A stretch of DNA of 64,000 bases from Octopus vulgaris (Eukaryota). Below the pieces are notes generated by a model that was not told the origin of the DNA, did no database searches, and was given only the letters and a program-made list of their open reading frames with translations. Below, one piece after another: positions 13,689 through 27,988 of this stretch. Where the stretch lies: positions 28,768,001 through 28,832,000 of the forward strand of contig OX597825.1 of assembly GCA_951406725.2 (NCBI GenBank), in the 5' to 3' direction. Position numbers and translations under genes: made by a program. Numbering within the stretch: the stretch's first letter is position 1; every line of letters starts with the position of its first letter.

Positions 13689-14150
13689 ATAAATATTAGG
13701 GAATAAATCCAAATTTACAGGAAAAATCAGATTTATGATTGAATCCAATTTTATAGTAAAATATAATATAATATTAATTAGAGACAAAACCACTATTATG
13801 CAAATCAAACAAAAAAAGACTTAATCCAATACATAAAATTTTTTATATAAATTAAATATAATTAAGATTAATCTTAATTATATTTAATTTATATAAAAAA
13901 TTTTATGTATTGGATTAAGTCTTTCTTTGTTTGATTTGCATAATAGTGGTTTTGTCTCTAATTAATATTATATATATATATATATATACATGTATACGAC
14001 GGGCTTCTTTCAGTTTCCGTTTACTAAATCCACTTACAAGGCTTTGGTCGGCCCGAGGCTATAGTAGCAGACACTTGCCCAAGGTTCAGTGGGACTGAAC
14101 TCGGAACCATGTGGTTGGTAAGCAAGCTACTTACCACACAGCCACTCCTA
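13402..14150 (-). mobile_element. SINE family A carrying a fold-back insert in its internal (TA)n
   Basis: Tail half 13402-13625 and head half 13995-14150 flank an unrelated AT-rich insert. Confidence 0.88.
13684..13973. mobile_element. Fold-back fragment, probable PLE 3' end
   Basis: 104-bp arms 13766-13869 / 13870-13973, one mismatch, no loop; the unpaired 13684-13740 reverse-complements to ...tttttcctgtaaatttggatttattccc, resembling 45746-45780 of an HHR-bearing element. Confidence 0.7.
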
Positions 14151-14458
14151 AAATTTGAGGGCGAAGGACTGACAGACTCGTTAGTGCATCTGACAAAATG
14201 CCTTGTGATATTTGTTCCGGCGTTTGTTACCTTCTGTGATCAAATCCCATCGAGGTCAATTGTACTTTCATCTCTCTGAGGTCCATAAAAATAAAGCTCC
14301 AGTAAAATAATGGAGTCAATTTCATACACTAACCCTGCCAGGCAACTATGTTAAAAACTGTTATTTCTAATTAAAGCATTATCGAGCATTTCCACTTATC
14401 CGCTTTTCTTCTTCTCCAAAGTTAATTCAAAATCATTTTAGTATTTCAGCGATCAGTA

Positions 14459-14662
14459 AAGGCAGCGAACTGGCAAACACATTAGCACTCTTGGTAAAAT
14501 ACTTTGCAGCATTTCGTCCGTCTTTTCGTTCTGAGTTAAAATTCCACCGTGGCGAGCTTTGCCTTTCGTCCTTTCGGGGTCGATAAAATAAGTACCACTT
14601 GAATACTGGGATCGACTTAACTCCTCCATCAAACCTGCTGGACTTGTGCTAAAATTTGAAAC
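14459..14662 (+). mobile_element. SINE family D, diverged
   Basis: aaggcagcgaactggcaaa ... gcctttcgtcctttcggggtcgataaaataagtacc. Confidence 0.8.
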
Positions 14663-16181
14663 ATAGGGAAAATCGAATGAAATTTTGATAGTCAGCATTA
14701 AAAAAGTCGTTATTGTAAAGCGGGTTTAAACAATATATTCAGGAGTACAAAATATTTATACTTCCATTGTCTTTCCTAAAAAGGGTTTTGTAATGAACAT
14801 TGTGCAGGAACAGTTTAGCATAGAAGACAGTTTGGAAACTCGACAAAGCAAAATTTTGTTTCAGTTTTCTCAGCAAATCTCTAGTAAATATATCGAATTC
14901 AGCAAATATGTTGAATCTTGTATCCTGTCGATATAAACTAATATAAAAGACGGTACACACTTTTGAACAGAATGTGTATAAGCGCAGTGTCAATGACATC
15001 ATTCGAAGCATAACCGCTATTGTTTGCGACGTAATTTGGGTTTTAAAGAACCACACAGCAAATTTTGTGAAATTTAGCTACCCAGGGTTTCCTGACTGGA
15101 ATATTAAATTTATTTCACCATTTTTCATGCTGGTAATAACAACAAGGCGCTTTAAACACAGTGTTTTGATGATTTAATTACAATTATGTTGAAAAAAAAC
15201 CCACAGTACTTTTGATACCCATGTGATCTCCGCTATTTCTAGCATACTGAACGACCACACAAAGAATGGTCAAATTTTGTTCAAAAGCGACAGATTAAGA
15301 TTGCGAGGAAATGATGAAAGAAATATGTACTCAATGCCTAGAAGTCCCTTTACTACGATGATTTCTTTCAGGGAAAATTCGGGAAAGGGAGGAATATTGC
15401 TCAAAATTGTAATTAAATCTCAAAATGTATGAGGAAACAAAATCGAGATGCGTGGATAATCGGCCCGCACCACATGTTTTTTTATTTTCTTTTTTCATCA
15501 AATTCCGGTATTATCCTAATCTACATAATCTGAAAGGTACTTGTATAAAATTTCATCTAGAAATATTAATTTCTCTGAAAGTTATGAGGAAACAAATCGG
15601 GGCGTGTAAATGATCTAAAACTCCACTCTCCAACCCAAAGCCAAAAACGTTTATCACAACAAATTTTTGATATAATCAGAAGTTGCACCATCTAAAATGT
15701 GTTTCTAGATGATTTCATTAAAAATATCTATTTTTCAGATGATTATGTGTAAACAAACTTGCGGGAGAGAACCCTGTAGTTATATCTAATCGTGGTAAGT
15801 AAATTAAAACCACTTTGTTTATTGAACTTTCTATTTCTTCATCAAACCTCCAAAAAATTATTCATGAATTCTGGAATCAACAGGATTTGGCTCACGCTGG
15901 ATTAAATTTATAATCCGTAGAAAGTAACATTGAAAATTTACAGGCAGACTGTGATTAAACATTAGTTTTGTCACTGAAATGCGTTCTTGAATTACTCAAT
16001 AATAAAAGAACGTTGTAAACCACATTTTGATAAAAAGAAAAAAAAACTTTAAAATGGGAATTTATAAAAAGACTTTACGCAGATTACACTTTAATAATTC
16101 CTTTCTTTTAGTAAAAGTTGCATAATCCAAACTAATAAGTAAGTGGCTAATATATTTATGTTCATGTGTGTGCATGTGCGC

Positions 16182-16228
<47 letters not shown>

Positions 16229-16269
16229 CGTGTGTGTGTATGTACATATGTAACCATACTGGTGCAAAA

Positions 16270-16823
16270 CTTGAATATCAAATCAAGAGTAAATTATAAT
16301 GTTCACAAACTATCAACCTGTCGCTCAGAATTCTTCAACTTCATTAAAACACTACAGGACATCCCCATGTGTGTATACCTTTGAATTCAGTTATCCCTAC
16401 CGAAAAAAAAAAATCGCACGGGTTCAAAGCAGGTGATCCGGCGGATCAACCGATCGGGGAACATATCCCTCAAAATCTCAAAATCCTCATCGCACGCCGG
16501 AAAGTGTGGGTTTTTGGCCCATCCTGTTGAAACCAAACATTGTCCCTATTCCCTTCGTCAAGTTCATTCCATTTGGGTTTCAGAAAAGTTTCTAGCATCA
16601 CACAATATCGATCAGAGTTCACAGTCACTGCAACATTGTCTTCTTCGAAGAAGTACAGATCCCAGACTCCGAATTCTGCTGCCGCAGAATTTCGAGTACG
16701 TGCGCGATCATGTCTACCAAGCCTAAAGTGCACTCAGAATGCTCTTCGTGTTGTTGTTACGGATTCGTTGTTCTTGATGAACGTTTCCACAATGAAAGCG
16801 TGATGCTCGCCTATCCAATCCAT
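16270..16823 (-). pseudogene. Internally deleted Tc1/mariner DDxD-type transposase remnant
   Basis: MDWIGEHHAFIVETFIKNNESVTTTRRAF N-terminus joined directly to YFFEE..VTVNSDRY..WFQQDG..H and LNPCDFF; stops and frameshifts. Confidence 0.85.
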
Positions 16824-17007
16824 GTTGAAACGAATTGAAACTAAACATCACAGATGGCACAAACTGAAACAAAATTGCGTTATATGTATATTTCGAAAAT
16901 AAAACACATTTTTCGTTGTTTACTCTATTTTACTTTTATTACCTACAAATGTATCAGATCATTTTTATTACCTACAAATGTATCAGATCATTATATATAT
17001 ATATATA

Positions 17008-17229
17008 TAACGGGAAGCTTTATGAAAATAAACAAAAGACGAAGGCAGGTGGAATACAAACAAACAATTGTATTAGTATGGCGCTCAGGAATATAAATAA
17101 AACAAGTCTTTTACGTTTCGAGCCTACGCTCTTCAACAGAAAGATACACAGAAAGAAACAAGGAGAGAAAACAAATGCGTGCAGAGGCTAGCGAATCAAC
17201 ATGGCGATCTGATTTCGGCCAGAAGTCAT
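17008..17229 (-). mobile_element. Short HHR-bearing PLE-like end fragment between (TA)n tracts
   Basis: Contains HHR 17107-17144; downstream ttcctgagcg..taatac..ttgt..ttccac is shared with 21880-22089. Confidence 0.7.
17107..17144 (-). ncRNA. Minimal type I hammerhead ribozyme motif (core variant CUGUUGA)
   Basis: tcttt-CTGTTGAA-gagc-gtag-gctc-GAAAC-GTA-aaaga: stems I and II perfect, palindromic ACGT stem III. Confidence 0.75.
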
Positions 17230-17253
17230 ATATATATATATATATATATATAT

Positions 17254-17660
17254 AGGCGCAGGAGTGGCTGTGTGGTAAGTAGCTTGCTAACCAACCACAT
17301 GGTTGCGGGTTCAGTCCCACTGCGTGGCATCTTGGGCAAGTGTCTTCTGCTATAGCCCCGGGCCGACCAATGCCTTGTGAGTGGATTTGGTAGACGGAAA
17401 CTGAAAGAAGCCTGTCGTATATATGTATATATATGTGTATGTGTGTGTATTTGTTTGTCCCCCTAGCATTGCTTGACAACCGATGCTGGTGTGTTTACGT
17501 CCCCGCCACTTAGCGGTTCGGCAAAAGAGACCGATAGAATAAGTACTGGGCTTACAAAGAATAAGTTCCGGGGTCGATTTGATCGACTAGAAGGCGGTGC
17601 TCCAGTATGGCCGCAGTCAAATGACTGAAACAAGTAAAAAGAGAAAAAGAAAAAGAGAAT
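17254..17660 (+). mobile_element. SINE family A, full length
   Basis: Near-identical to 27989-28410 in opposite orientation. Confidence 0.92.
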
Positions 17661-17666
17661 ATATGC

Positions 17667-17702
<36 letters not shown>

Positions 17703-18889
17703 CTATCCATCCTGTCATATTTTCGCGGGTACCTTCGTAGAAAACTTAAATGTAATGTTAGCTATCATCTGCATTAGTAATGTTAGTAAAAAAACGCAAA
17801 ATATATAGCAGCAAAAACATATCGACGCATTCAGGATTAAGTATAGTTAATATATCATAATGTATTGCGCGGTACATGTTTTTCTGTGGCGAACTATTAG
17901 CGGAGGTATATGGACATGAAAGTATCTTTATATGAAATTGTTTGTATAGGAGGGTATATGGAGATGAATCTATGTTTAGAGAACATCTTTCTGTTGTGTT
18001 TTGCTGTCAGTGTAAAGTATTTCATTTTAGCATACAATGTAGTGTCTGGGGCTTTCTTCTGTCTTATATTTTTAGTTTTTTCAGCTATAAAGACGTTTGC
18101 GCTTCCTGGATTCAGCAGTTATTGAGATATCAGAGACAATACTAAAATAAACAATCGGTCAATCAAGCAAACAAACGTGATAATAATAATAAAAAACAGA
18201 AAACTGAGGCACCTAATGTTTTCGTGGTCGGATATTGAATGTGTCGATTCACAAAACGAAAATAAGTAAATAAATAAAATAAAACATAGTACATAGCACT
18301 ATGAATCTATCATAATTCTAAAGCTAGTATGGATCTTTTAAACATATTATTCTATGTACTTAACATATACATTACAATGCTTGCTTCTCTGCAGAACCAC
18401 ACGTTCCAACTTCTGTTCGTAACATATTGGAGGAATGTTTAATGTTAGATTTGTGAGGATCAGGCGTTAATCGACACTGGTAAATGATATAGAAGAAAAA
18501 CTACTTATCGAGAAATAAACGCCATCTTCCAGTATGTCATCTTCTGTCCATTTATGCGTATTCACTGATATGGAAGAATATGGCACACATATTCACACAT
18601 ATTCGCGTTCTACACACACAGGCAGAAACACATAGACACAAGCACACACACACAGACACACACTCACACTTTGTATGTCTGTGGGATTCATATAGCTAGA
18701 TATGTCCTAGTTTAATGTAAGTAAGCGTGTAGGTACGCGTGTATGCTTGTGTGTATGCGCAAGCGTACACACAGTGTCTTTCTATTGAACAAAAATACTT
18801 AAAATATAAAAAAACGCAAACAAAATTGATATATTAATCACAAGAAGATTGTCGGGCTGTGTACGTATACTTGCGATCAAGCATATTAT

Positions 18890-19176
18890 ATGCGTGTATA
18901 TATATATATATACGCATATATAAAATATATATATATATATATATACATATATACATATATATACATATATATATGTTTGTATATATATATATATATATAT
19001 TTATTTATATATACATATATATATGTATATATATATATGTATATATGTATATATATATATATTTATATGCATATATATATATATATATACTATATATTAT
19101 ATATATACTATATATTATATATATACTATATATTATATATATACTATATATTTATATATATATATATACTATATAT

Positions 19177-19245
<69 letters not shown>
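18890..19245. repeat. Compound (TA)n / 18-bp tatatactatatattata / (TG)n tract
   Basis: Direct reading. Confidence 0.9.
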
Positions 19246-19482
19246 AGAGAGAGATGTAAGCATGTGTATACACACGCCCGCACACAGACACACATACACA
19301 TCTATAATCCTCTGAGCGTGTATAGTACGTGTACATATGGATTGGTCGAAGAAGGAGCAGTACAAGAGTGTCCATGAGACATTCTTTCAGAATCCTAACC
19401 GCTTTATGAAGTTGAGTACGAGGATCAACATCACTACTATTCTCATTTCCTTCTTTCGTTGTTGTTATCGCTACTGCTGCCG

Positions 19483-19520
<38 letters not shown>

Positions 19521-19704
19521 ATTTTTGCGGTGCCAATAAGAGTGGAATGGCTTTGCTATTCTTCTGATGAATCTTTTACTCTTCATTTATATTCTATTTT
19601 TTTTCTTCCTTTTTTTGTAGTTGTTTTCTTTCTGCTGTATTCTTATCCTAAACACACAAAAAGAAATTGACGTTCTTGAACATTAGTGAGAAAAATCAAT
19701 ACCA

Positions 19705-19706
<2 letters not shown>

Positions 19707-19757
<51 letters not shown>

Positions 19758-19780
19758 GTTATTATTATTATTAATATTAC

Positions 19781-19820
<40 letters not shown>

Positions 19821-19843
19821 GCTATTATTACTATTATTATTAC

Positions 19844-19910
<67 letters not shown>

Positions 19911-20005
19911 GTTATTATTATTATTATTACTATTATTATTATTATTATTATTATTACTATTGTTATTATTATTATTATTATTATTATTGTTATTATTATT
20001 ATTAT
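19707..20005. repeat. Long interrupted (ATT)n microsatellite
   Basis: About 300 bp; source of poly-I/N/L ORFs. Confidence 0.97.
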
Positions 20006-20573
20006 CGACATTATCGTTATTATTAGTATAAATGATAATGTTATTACTGATGTTGTTGTTGTTGTTGTTGCTACTGCTGCTGTTAAAACAAATTACTACG
20101 TCGATGGACGGAAACGTCAGTATGTAGACAATCATCTAGACGAGTTGAAATTGCGCTCCGATGATGATGACGATGACGACGACGACGACGATGATGATGT
20201 TGATGTTGATGATGATAACAACAAACAAATAACATAGAGTATAGAAATAGAAATATATTCCAAGAGAGAACGTAGAATCCATAGAAGATTATCTGGCATT
20301 GTCATATGTTGGTAGCCTCTTTTATTTAACACGTTCTGATAATCGACAGCTTTCTGTCACCGCTGTTTGACTCGTACCGAAAGTAGCTATCGGTACACAA
20401 AGGAGAATAATTAGCGATATTATTTTATATACTTCATAGTACACATACGCTTTCGTGTGTTCACATATACATACATGCATACATACACACACACACATAT
20501 ATATGCATATATACATACATACGTACATACTTTTATATATGCATATGCATATATATATATATATTCATATATA

Positions 20574-20617
<44 letters not shown>

Positions 20618-20654
20618 TATATATACATATATACATGTATATCTATATCTATCT

Positions 20655-20700
<46 letters not shown>

Positions 20701-20735
20701 TATCTATATCTATCTATAAATATATACATACTTAC

Positions 20736-20838
<103 letters not shown>

Positions 20839-20861
20839 TATTGATAGATAGCTAGATATAG

Positions 20862-20892
<31 letters not shown>

Positions 20893-21010
20893 CTATTGAG
20901 CGTACTAGCACAAACCTTACACGCGCTGCGGTATACCGTCGAGTTTACTGGATGTATAGGAAGAAGTGTTTTAATCTCTTCGTAAAGACATACATACATA
21001 CATACATACA

Positions 21011-21047
<37 letters not shown>

Positions 21048-21063
21048 ATTCATATACATGTAA

Positions 21064-21094
<31 letters not shown>

Positions 21095-21106
21095 TCTATC
21101 TATCTA

Positions 21107-21179
<73 letters not shown>

Positions 21180-21879
21180 GTGTATGTTTGCATGTATATA
21201 TGTGTGTATATATTTACAAAAATCTATCTGTAGCTATATGTATATGTATTTTCATATATGCATTTTTATGTCTATTTGCACAGAAGACTGTAGTATAAAA
21301 CCTACTTGTTTGCTTTTTCTGTCTTGCTTTGTTTTGTTTTGTATTTTCTTTTTCCTCCTCCCTGACGTATTTTTTTCCTTTGGCATCGTCATGGTTTTGT
21401 ATTTTAGCAATGTTTAAATTTAAGTAATGCTGAATAGACCCGTTATTAATATACGCTGGTTTACATAGGTCAGTCAAAAAAAATTAGGCTGGCGACTAAG
21501 CAGAAAGCATACAGTTCAGAGCTAAATACTCAGCTTTTAGTATTTTTATTTTTTCGGTATGTACATGTTTGTGTTTTTATCATTACTATTTACATAATAT
21601 CTCCCTGGATTTACAAGATGATTCATCACACTAACGCCAATAAATTAAGTGGCATTGCTCTAGGGACGTGGTAAAGAATTATCCATTCTATGTATTTTTG
21701 GAATTCAACGAATGGCTTGTATTATTTCCTTTCATTCATCGACGTCTCAATTTCGAATCGAGGCGACAGTAAGATACTTTTGTGAAATTCTATTCTCTCA
21801 TTTAAGGATTTGCACAAAATATGATTTTCAATTCCAGGAAATACATGGATAAGTGTGTCTGTGTGTATGTGTGTGCACG

Positions 21880-22089
21880 CACATGTGACCACGTCTGTAT
21901 CACTAGCGATTTTTTCCCCTGTCTTCCCTTCTCGGGATCTTTCCTTCTCCTATGTTTCCGACGAAGAGCTCCGCTCGAAACGTCAAACCCTCCTTCTTCC
22001 CTTCTTTCCTGAGCGTCCAATAATACTTTATTTGTTCCACGTCCTTGCGTTGTTGTTTTTTTGTTTTTGTTTTCTTGTTTGGATTAACT
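21880..22089 (+). mobile_element. Short HHR-bearing PLE-like end fragment ending in (TA)n
   Basis: Pyrimidine-rich leader, HHR, T-rich tail; homologous layout to 17008-17229. Confidence 0.7.
21954..21988 (+). ncRNA. Minimal type I hammerhead ribozyme motif (U4C)
   Basis: gttt-CCGACGAA-gagc-tcc-gctc-GAAAC-GTC-aaac. Confidence 0.75.
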
Positions 22090-22227
22090 ATATATATATA
22101 TATATATATACATATATAAAACGATAAACGTCGCCCTTTTCAAGCCTAGCCAAGCTCTTGGGCCCGGTTTCCAGGTTTCTGTGGCGTATGTGTTCCCTCC
22201 AGCTGGGCGGGACGCAAGTTCATCGCA

Positions 22228-22273
<46 letters not shown>

Positions 22274-22589
22274 GTATATATATACTAGTGTTACGACTTC
22301 TTCGCAACTCCGTAATCCTGTATCATATTCTGATGAGCTTTTGCTAGAAATGAAAAATCAATGTTGTTTTTTTATCTTTTTGCATTTGATCAAAAAAGTT
22401 CACCCATGACTAACTTTGAAATTTTTATACTCGGTTTCATTTGAGTGGATTTCCAAATGCTAGAGGTTGAATAATAAACAAAAAAAAAGGTGGGGAAATG
22501 ATTCTAAACGTTTAATCCATAACTTAAAAGAACTGTGTTCTGCATTCCAGAACAATGAATAGAAGGTAAGTCGTATAAAGTCAAATTAG

Positions 22590-24382
22590 TCAGTAGACGA
22601 GATGCGGCAAATCATTTGAGAGAATGAAATACACTTGCAGGTTGGCTCAGTTCTTGCATGTAGCGTGTTGTTCTTGCATGACCTTAATTGCTTGCTAACA
22701 GCATTGATTGCTTCTGCTGATGTTTTGTTTTGGTGGCTCTTGTTTCCAGTGATTTGTCAAGCATTTGAAAGCCGTCCTGTAGAGTAGATGGTTTGCGATA
22801 ACTCTGCATAATCTTGAGCTCTATACATTTGGTCACCAAACCAGTGGTCCGCTTAGTCATGTGAGATGAACTAGCAGGCCATCTGCAATTTTTCTCTCAC
22901 ATGTGACATGAGGAAAAATGGAAGAAGCGCTACGATTGCTTGCGAATTCCATCTGACATTACTGAAGCTCGGAATTTTCCGAAACTTGATGAAAGGTAGG
23001 TCTCCTTCTTCATGGAAAAACCTGAAGACACGGGTTAAGTGAAACAGAAACTTCATATCATCTCTCCAGCCGGCTTGATATTCAATGACATGAGTTCCAT
23101 TCTGGAAGGAGCCTTGGAGTTCTTCATAACTTGTCATGAGTTCTTTGACATAAAATATTCGATGTTGGGTAAATTGCTTGAGCCTGCTAGCTCCTCATCC
23201 ATAACAACGCGCAAGATTCTGCCCGAGTCTCGGTGTTGGCAGCTCACAAACTGTGGCTTGTCATTGCCTTTTCTCAAGAACATTGCAGTTAACCACTACC
23301 CCACTCTTCCATCCGGTATTCGCACATGTCGTAGCAGCAATAATCATTGAGATTGCGCCCCACAAGTGAAATTCGTCCTTCTGCAATGGTCTTAGCTTTG
23401 CTATCACTCAGCCTCAGAGCAACCGGCTCGATTTCACTTGTTTCATTCTTGATGACAACCGCTTGATATTCATTTTCGTCAATATGTTTACCATCGAAAT
23501 GCTGGCTCCATTTCTGATTGCGTAGCGTATCAATCAAGTGTTGCTCCATTTCACCAGCTTTCTTGAAGAGTGCCTTGTAGATGCCTCGCTGACTGGGGTA
23601 TCAATGTCCTCCTCTGACAACCGTTTGCAGATTTTTGCAGCTTTGTTGGTAGAGATGTTTTTTCAAGTTACAAGTCTCGTACCAATTGCAGATTTGTTGC
23701 GCCTCCTTGTGGAGGAATAAGTGCTATCAATATCAATATCATTTTGATCAACTCTCTCATCTCCACCATAATTGTACTCTTCAATGTTTTCTTCTTCAGA
23801 GTCACTGTCAGTATCCAGGACTGTTGGGTTTGATAAAGAATGGGAGCCTTTAGGGTCAGAGCATCTTCTCCTCTTGAAAGAACGGATAGTGTACTTGCTT
23901 GCAGCATTGCCTGTCGAATAGCACATTTTGCTTTGGAGTTGAATGGAGTACAGCTTCGATCATCAGCATTGATCCATCCACCGTGGACTTTCGTGATAGT
24001 GAACAGTTCTTCTAATGGCTGAATTTTTCCTTTTTTGGCGCATTTGTCACACAAATGACGCACATTTTCGAGCTTGGACCGTATAGTTTGCTCGGAAATA
24101 ATTAGAAAATTCAGTTTATCTCACCACAGTAGTGTCACCACTCTTGATAATTAAGCCACTCTCCTTTCTGCATTTACTTGATTTCCCAAGCAACTGGCAC
24201 CAAACAACAATCTGCTCCTTGAGTAACATGCATTCGGCTTTTGCTGGCAAGTGAGGCTTCTTCTACAGGTAATGACCTCTGCATGAATGGGACTGGAAGC
24301 GCACCAAATTTCTCATCGATTTCACTTTGTTCTTCTAAACAATGTCGAAGGTTTTCTTGAATTACATACCGCTAGCTGTCAT
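22590..24382 (-). pseudogene. Decayed Sola2-like DNA transposase
   Basis: Fragments in shifting frames: LNFLIISEQTIRSKL, HFDGKHIDENEYQAVVIKN, LWGAISMIIAATTCANTGWKSGVV, PQFVSCQHR..RILRVVMD, WRDDMKFL, SNVRWNSQAI; matches my recollection of the HxDGK/DTTxxNTG/CxHH pattern of Sola2. Confidence 0.7.
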
Positions 24383-24634
24383 GTAGGAGTCACGCTGAAA
24401 CCGAAACAACAACGGTGAAAGTGAAAGAAGAACTTAATTATTTGCTTCATGACTAAACATGATGACTCAGTAATAGAATCTAATCACCACTGAAGTCTTA
24501 TAAATGCTATCTATCTATTGAAAACCAAGCGTGAGTTAACTTTAGTTACTTGTTCATAAAGTCTCATCTAAATACGATCCAGGAAATTGCTTTTGAGGAA
24601 AAATTTAAAAATGATATCCCTAATATTATATATA

Positions 24635-25254
24635 CAGAGGGGTTTGACAAACTAATAGAAACACCTTAAAATTTCAAATAGATTTAGTTTAATATGGGGT
24701 AGGACCGTCTTTGGCAGTAATTACAGCTTGAATTCTATGAGCTATGTACTCGTACAAAGTTTGAATTGTTTCCAAAGGAATTTTGTCCATTCATCAGCTA
24801 AAACAGTCTCCAGTTTTTGTAGTAATGATGGTGGAGGATATCGACTCCCTACTTGTTTTTTTAAAATGCACCATAAACGTTCAATAATATTGAGATCTGT
24901 GGACTGTGGTGGCCAGATAAAATGTTCAACTTTACGAGAATGTTCCTCGTGCCATTCAGTAACAACTTTAGCTGTGTGAATTGGTGTATTATCATCTTGA
25001 AAGATTGCGTTTCCCTCCGGAAACAATTCCGCAACCCTAGAATGAATTTTATCAGATAAAATGCCCAAATAGTCTTGACTATTAATTCTGTCATGAAGGG
25101 AAACCATTGGGCCGGCAGATTTCCAAGATATAGACCCCAGATCATCACAGATCCTCCTCCATGTTTAACAGTTGGAGTTAGAAGGCAGTCTGTGTCAAAT
25201 GCTATTTTTGACTGTCTCCACACGTATACTCGGCCGGTGGTCGGAAATAAGATG
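24635..25254 (-). mobile_element. Tc1-like (DDxE) transposon 3' part with terminal repeat, cut by assembly gap
   Basis: PTVKHGGGSVMIWG, IFQDDNTPIHTAK, WPPQSTDLNIIERLW; terminus TA|cagaggggtttgacaaactaatagaaacacc. Confidence 0.9.
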
Positions 25255-25354
25255 NNNNNNNNNNNNNNNNNNNNNNNNNNNNNNNNNNNNNNNNNNNNNN
25301 NNNNNNNNNNNNNNNNNNNNNNNNNNNNNNNNNNNNNNNNNNNNNNNNNNNNNN
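25255..25354. other. Assembly gap (100 N)
   Basis: Direct reading. Confidence 1.
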
Positions 25355-26221
25355 TTAATGCAATACGATGCAATGGAAAATTTGGAAAAAAAAATGGCTG
25401 CCAAAGAAATTGTTGGTTGGACTGACGCCATTATATGTTTTGTGAATAGTAAATGTCGTCGTTCTATTTTCGCATGATAATATTACTTTATTATTGATGT
25501 TGTTGTGTTTCTATCTTTTGTGGTTTGTTTGTCTGTTTGTTTGTTTATTGTTAGTTGTGGTGGTGGTGTGCTGATCATGTTCGTGTTATTGTTGTCGTTG
25601 GTATTGGTAGTGGCGGTGTTCATAGCGTAGGGGGTAATGCTTGTGACGAAGGTAGTAGAGTGTGGTAGTAGAAGATATTGAAACAACTCGTGATGTTTCA
25701 GTGAATATTTCTCGTGTTTACAATAATGATGATAGTAAAGGTATAAGCGACAGCAGTAAAAGCGATGGCTTTAGTAGCATAGTGGTTGTGGAGATATTTA
25801 TTGTTGTGTTGGAAGATGTCGACGCCACGGCGTTTGATAAAACGACGGTGATATTTGCCAAGGTGACTATGCTGACAGTGTTGCTATTTTGATGGAACGG
25901 TAATGGCTTAGATGATAATAACTATAATTTATTTGCTACCTTATTTGTTTATTTGTTTGTTGATGGTCTTCTTTTTTTATATTATTATTATTTTTAATGT
26001 TTTGTAATTTTGTTTTATTCTCATCCCTATTTCCACATTATTATAACCCTTGATGTTGTATCCAGAGACATGCATAAATACATATGTTTATATATATGCA
26101 CACACACATACACACACACACATACACGCGCGCACACACAGAGATACACACGCCCGCACGCCCGCACATAAATATATAGACGTAGAACACACATATATAC
26201 ATACAAATATGGGTATATGTT

Positions 26222-26255
<34 letters not shown>

Positions 26256-26886
26256 CATATATATATAAATAACTGCAAATATACATACATATGACATATA
26301 TATATATATATATATATAAGCATGTACGCGCATCCACACACACACACACATACATACATACGTATATCCAATCATACACACATACATATATGAATATAAG
26401 TACGTTTCTGTATGTACACACACACACACATACAACATAATATAAATACGTTTGTGTGTCTACACACACACACATTCACATAAATATATATATATATATA
26501 TTACCTTCACACCCCTATTTCTAGATTGTTATAATCTCGGCTGTTTTCCTTTAAATGTACACACACATACACACACACACCCATACATATATACATAGAC
26601 ACGTGCACACACAGACGCGCATACACAGAGAAGGCGCACATAAATTCATATATACATATGATACACCTATATGTATATATGTTGTATAAATTTCTTCATT
26701 ATATATAACTATATGTGTATAATAGTAAGTGTGTTTGTGTACCTTTGTGTGTTCCTCTTATTACCTGGCTACTGGAATTGCTTTCTCTATATTACTGTCA
26801 CTTCGCGGTTTGTTATAATCAGGTTGATAAAATAAGTGTCAGACTTAAAAATATGAACGGTGGTCGATTTAGTCAGCATGGCCATA

Positions 26887-26998
<112 letters not shown>

Positions 26999-27988
26999 GA
27001 TATAGATATAGATATATATACTTATATATACATATATATAGATAGATAGATATGTGTGTGTGTGTGTGTGTACATATATATAGAGAGATAATTCGATATA
27101 AATTTGCATTTTCATATCACACACGGGGAAATATATCCCAAAGTGCAGATATTCCGAACCGCTTAATACTGCCAGAAAACAGTAAACAATTATGATGAAC
27201 ATTTATCCGATTGATATCGTTAACCCAGGCACCCTAGGAATATAATTTCCATGGTCAAAATATCAGCATATGACGCCCTCGAAAATTCATTGACTTACAA
27301 TCCGTTCTATTAGACTATGCTAGGGAATCATTAATGCGTGAGCTGTAAATCCGCTTTTAAGCGCTGTAAGAAAAAAGGAACAGTACTGCATTATCAGGTA
27401 ATACATGGAAGCTGGAGGATTACAATATTGTCAGGTTTAACGTCACCTTGTCTGCAATGCACTACAAGCATACTTTCAAGTCACTGCACGCTGTGCTCTG
27501 CTGAAAAGTACTACATACAAAGAGGAACGACAGAGAACTTTAACAAATTAACAAAATTGATTTGTAATCGCTGACATGAGAGTAGAATGTAACTAGTCAA
27601 ATTTCCTGTCGAAGCAGTTTAAAGTTAAACACCTAAACTAACCGAAAACGTACACTGCCAAAATGTTTCTTAGAATTACCAGATGCCAGCTAAATGAACA
27701 ATAAAACACTTTTTAAAAATAATCTTATTCATTTTCATCTGCTCGGTTATAACCTGTGCTTTAAGAGTGTAAATATGATTTTTAGAACCATTTGGCCTCT
27801 ACTTCTAGCGTGTTGGTGGGGTTTATCCACACCCTTCAATATAATTATATTGTATAATCATAAATTGATATAAATTGTAACCTTCATGTTTCTTTTTATT
27901 TCACTTTGGCCACTTGATAAACTCATTAAAGTGGTTTTATACTTAATTTTACATAATATATATGTGTATGTTCGTATACATACACATA

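Noticed and set aside
13766-13973. Classical MITE interpretation of the long palindromes (also 42524-42663, 53429-53609)
   Set aside because: Each has an unpaired extension on one side only and little or no internal spacer, which fits fold-back retro-insertions better.
22325-22365. CTGATGA-gcttttgc-ta-GAAA hammerhead-like string
   Set aside because: Extra bases before GAAA, no UH site with stem III, no stem I; likely chance in a transposon subterminal region.
24861-25477. ORFs spanning the N run
   Set aside because: Artefacts of the assembly gap; only the Tc1 part left of the gap is real.
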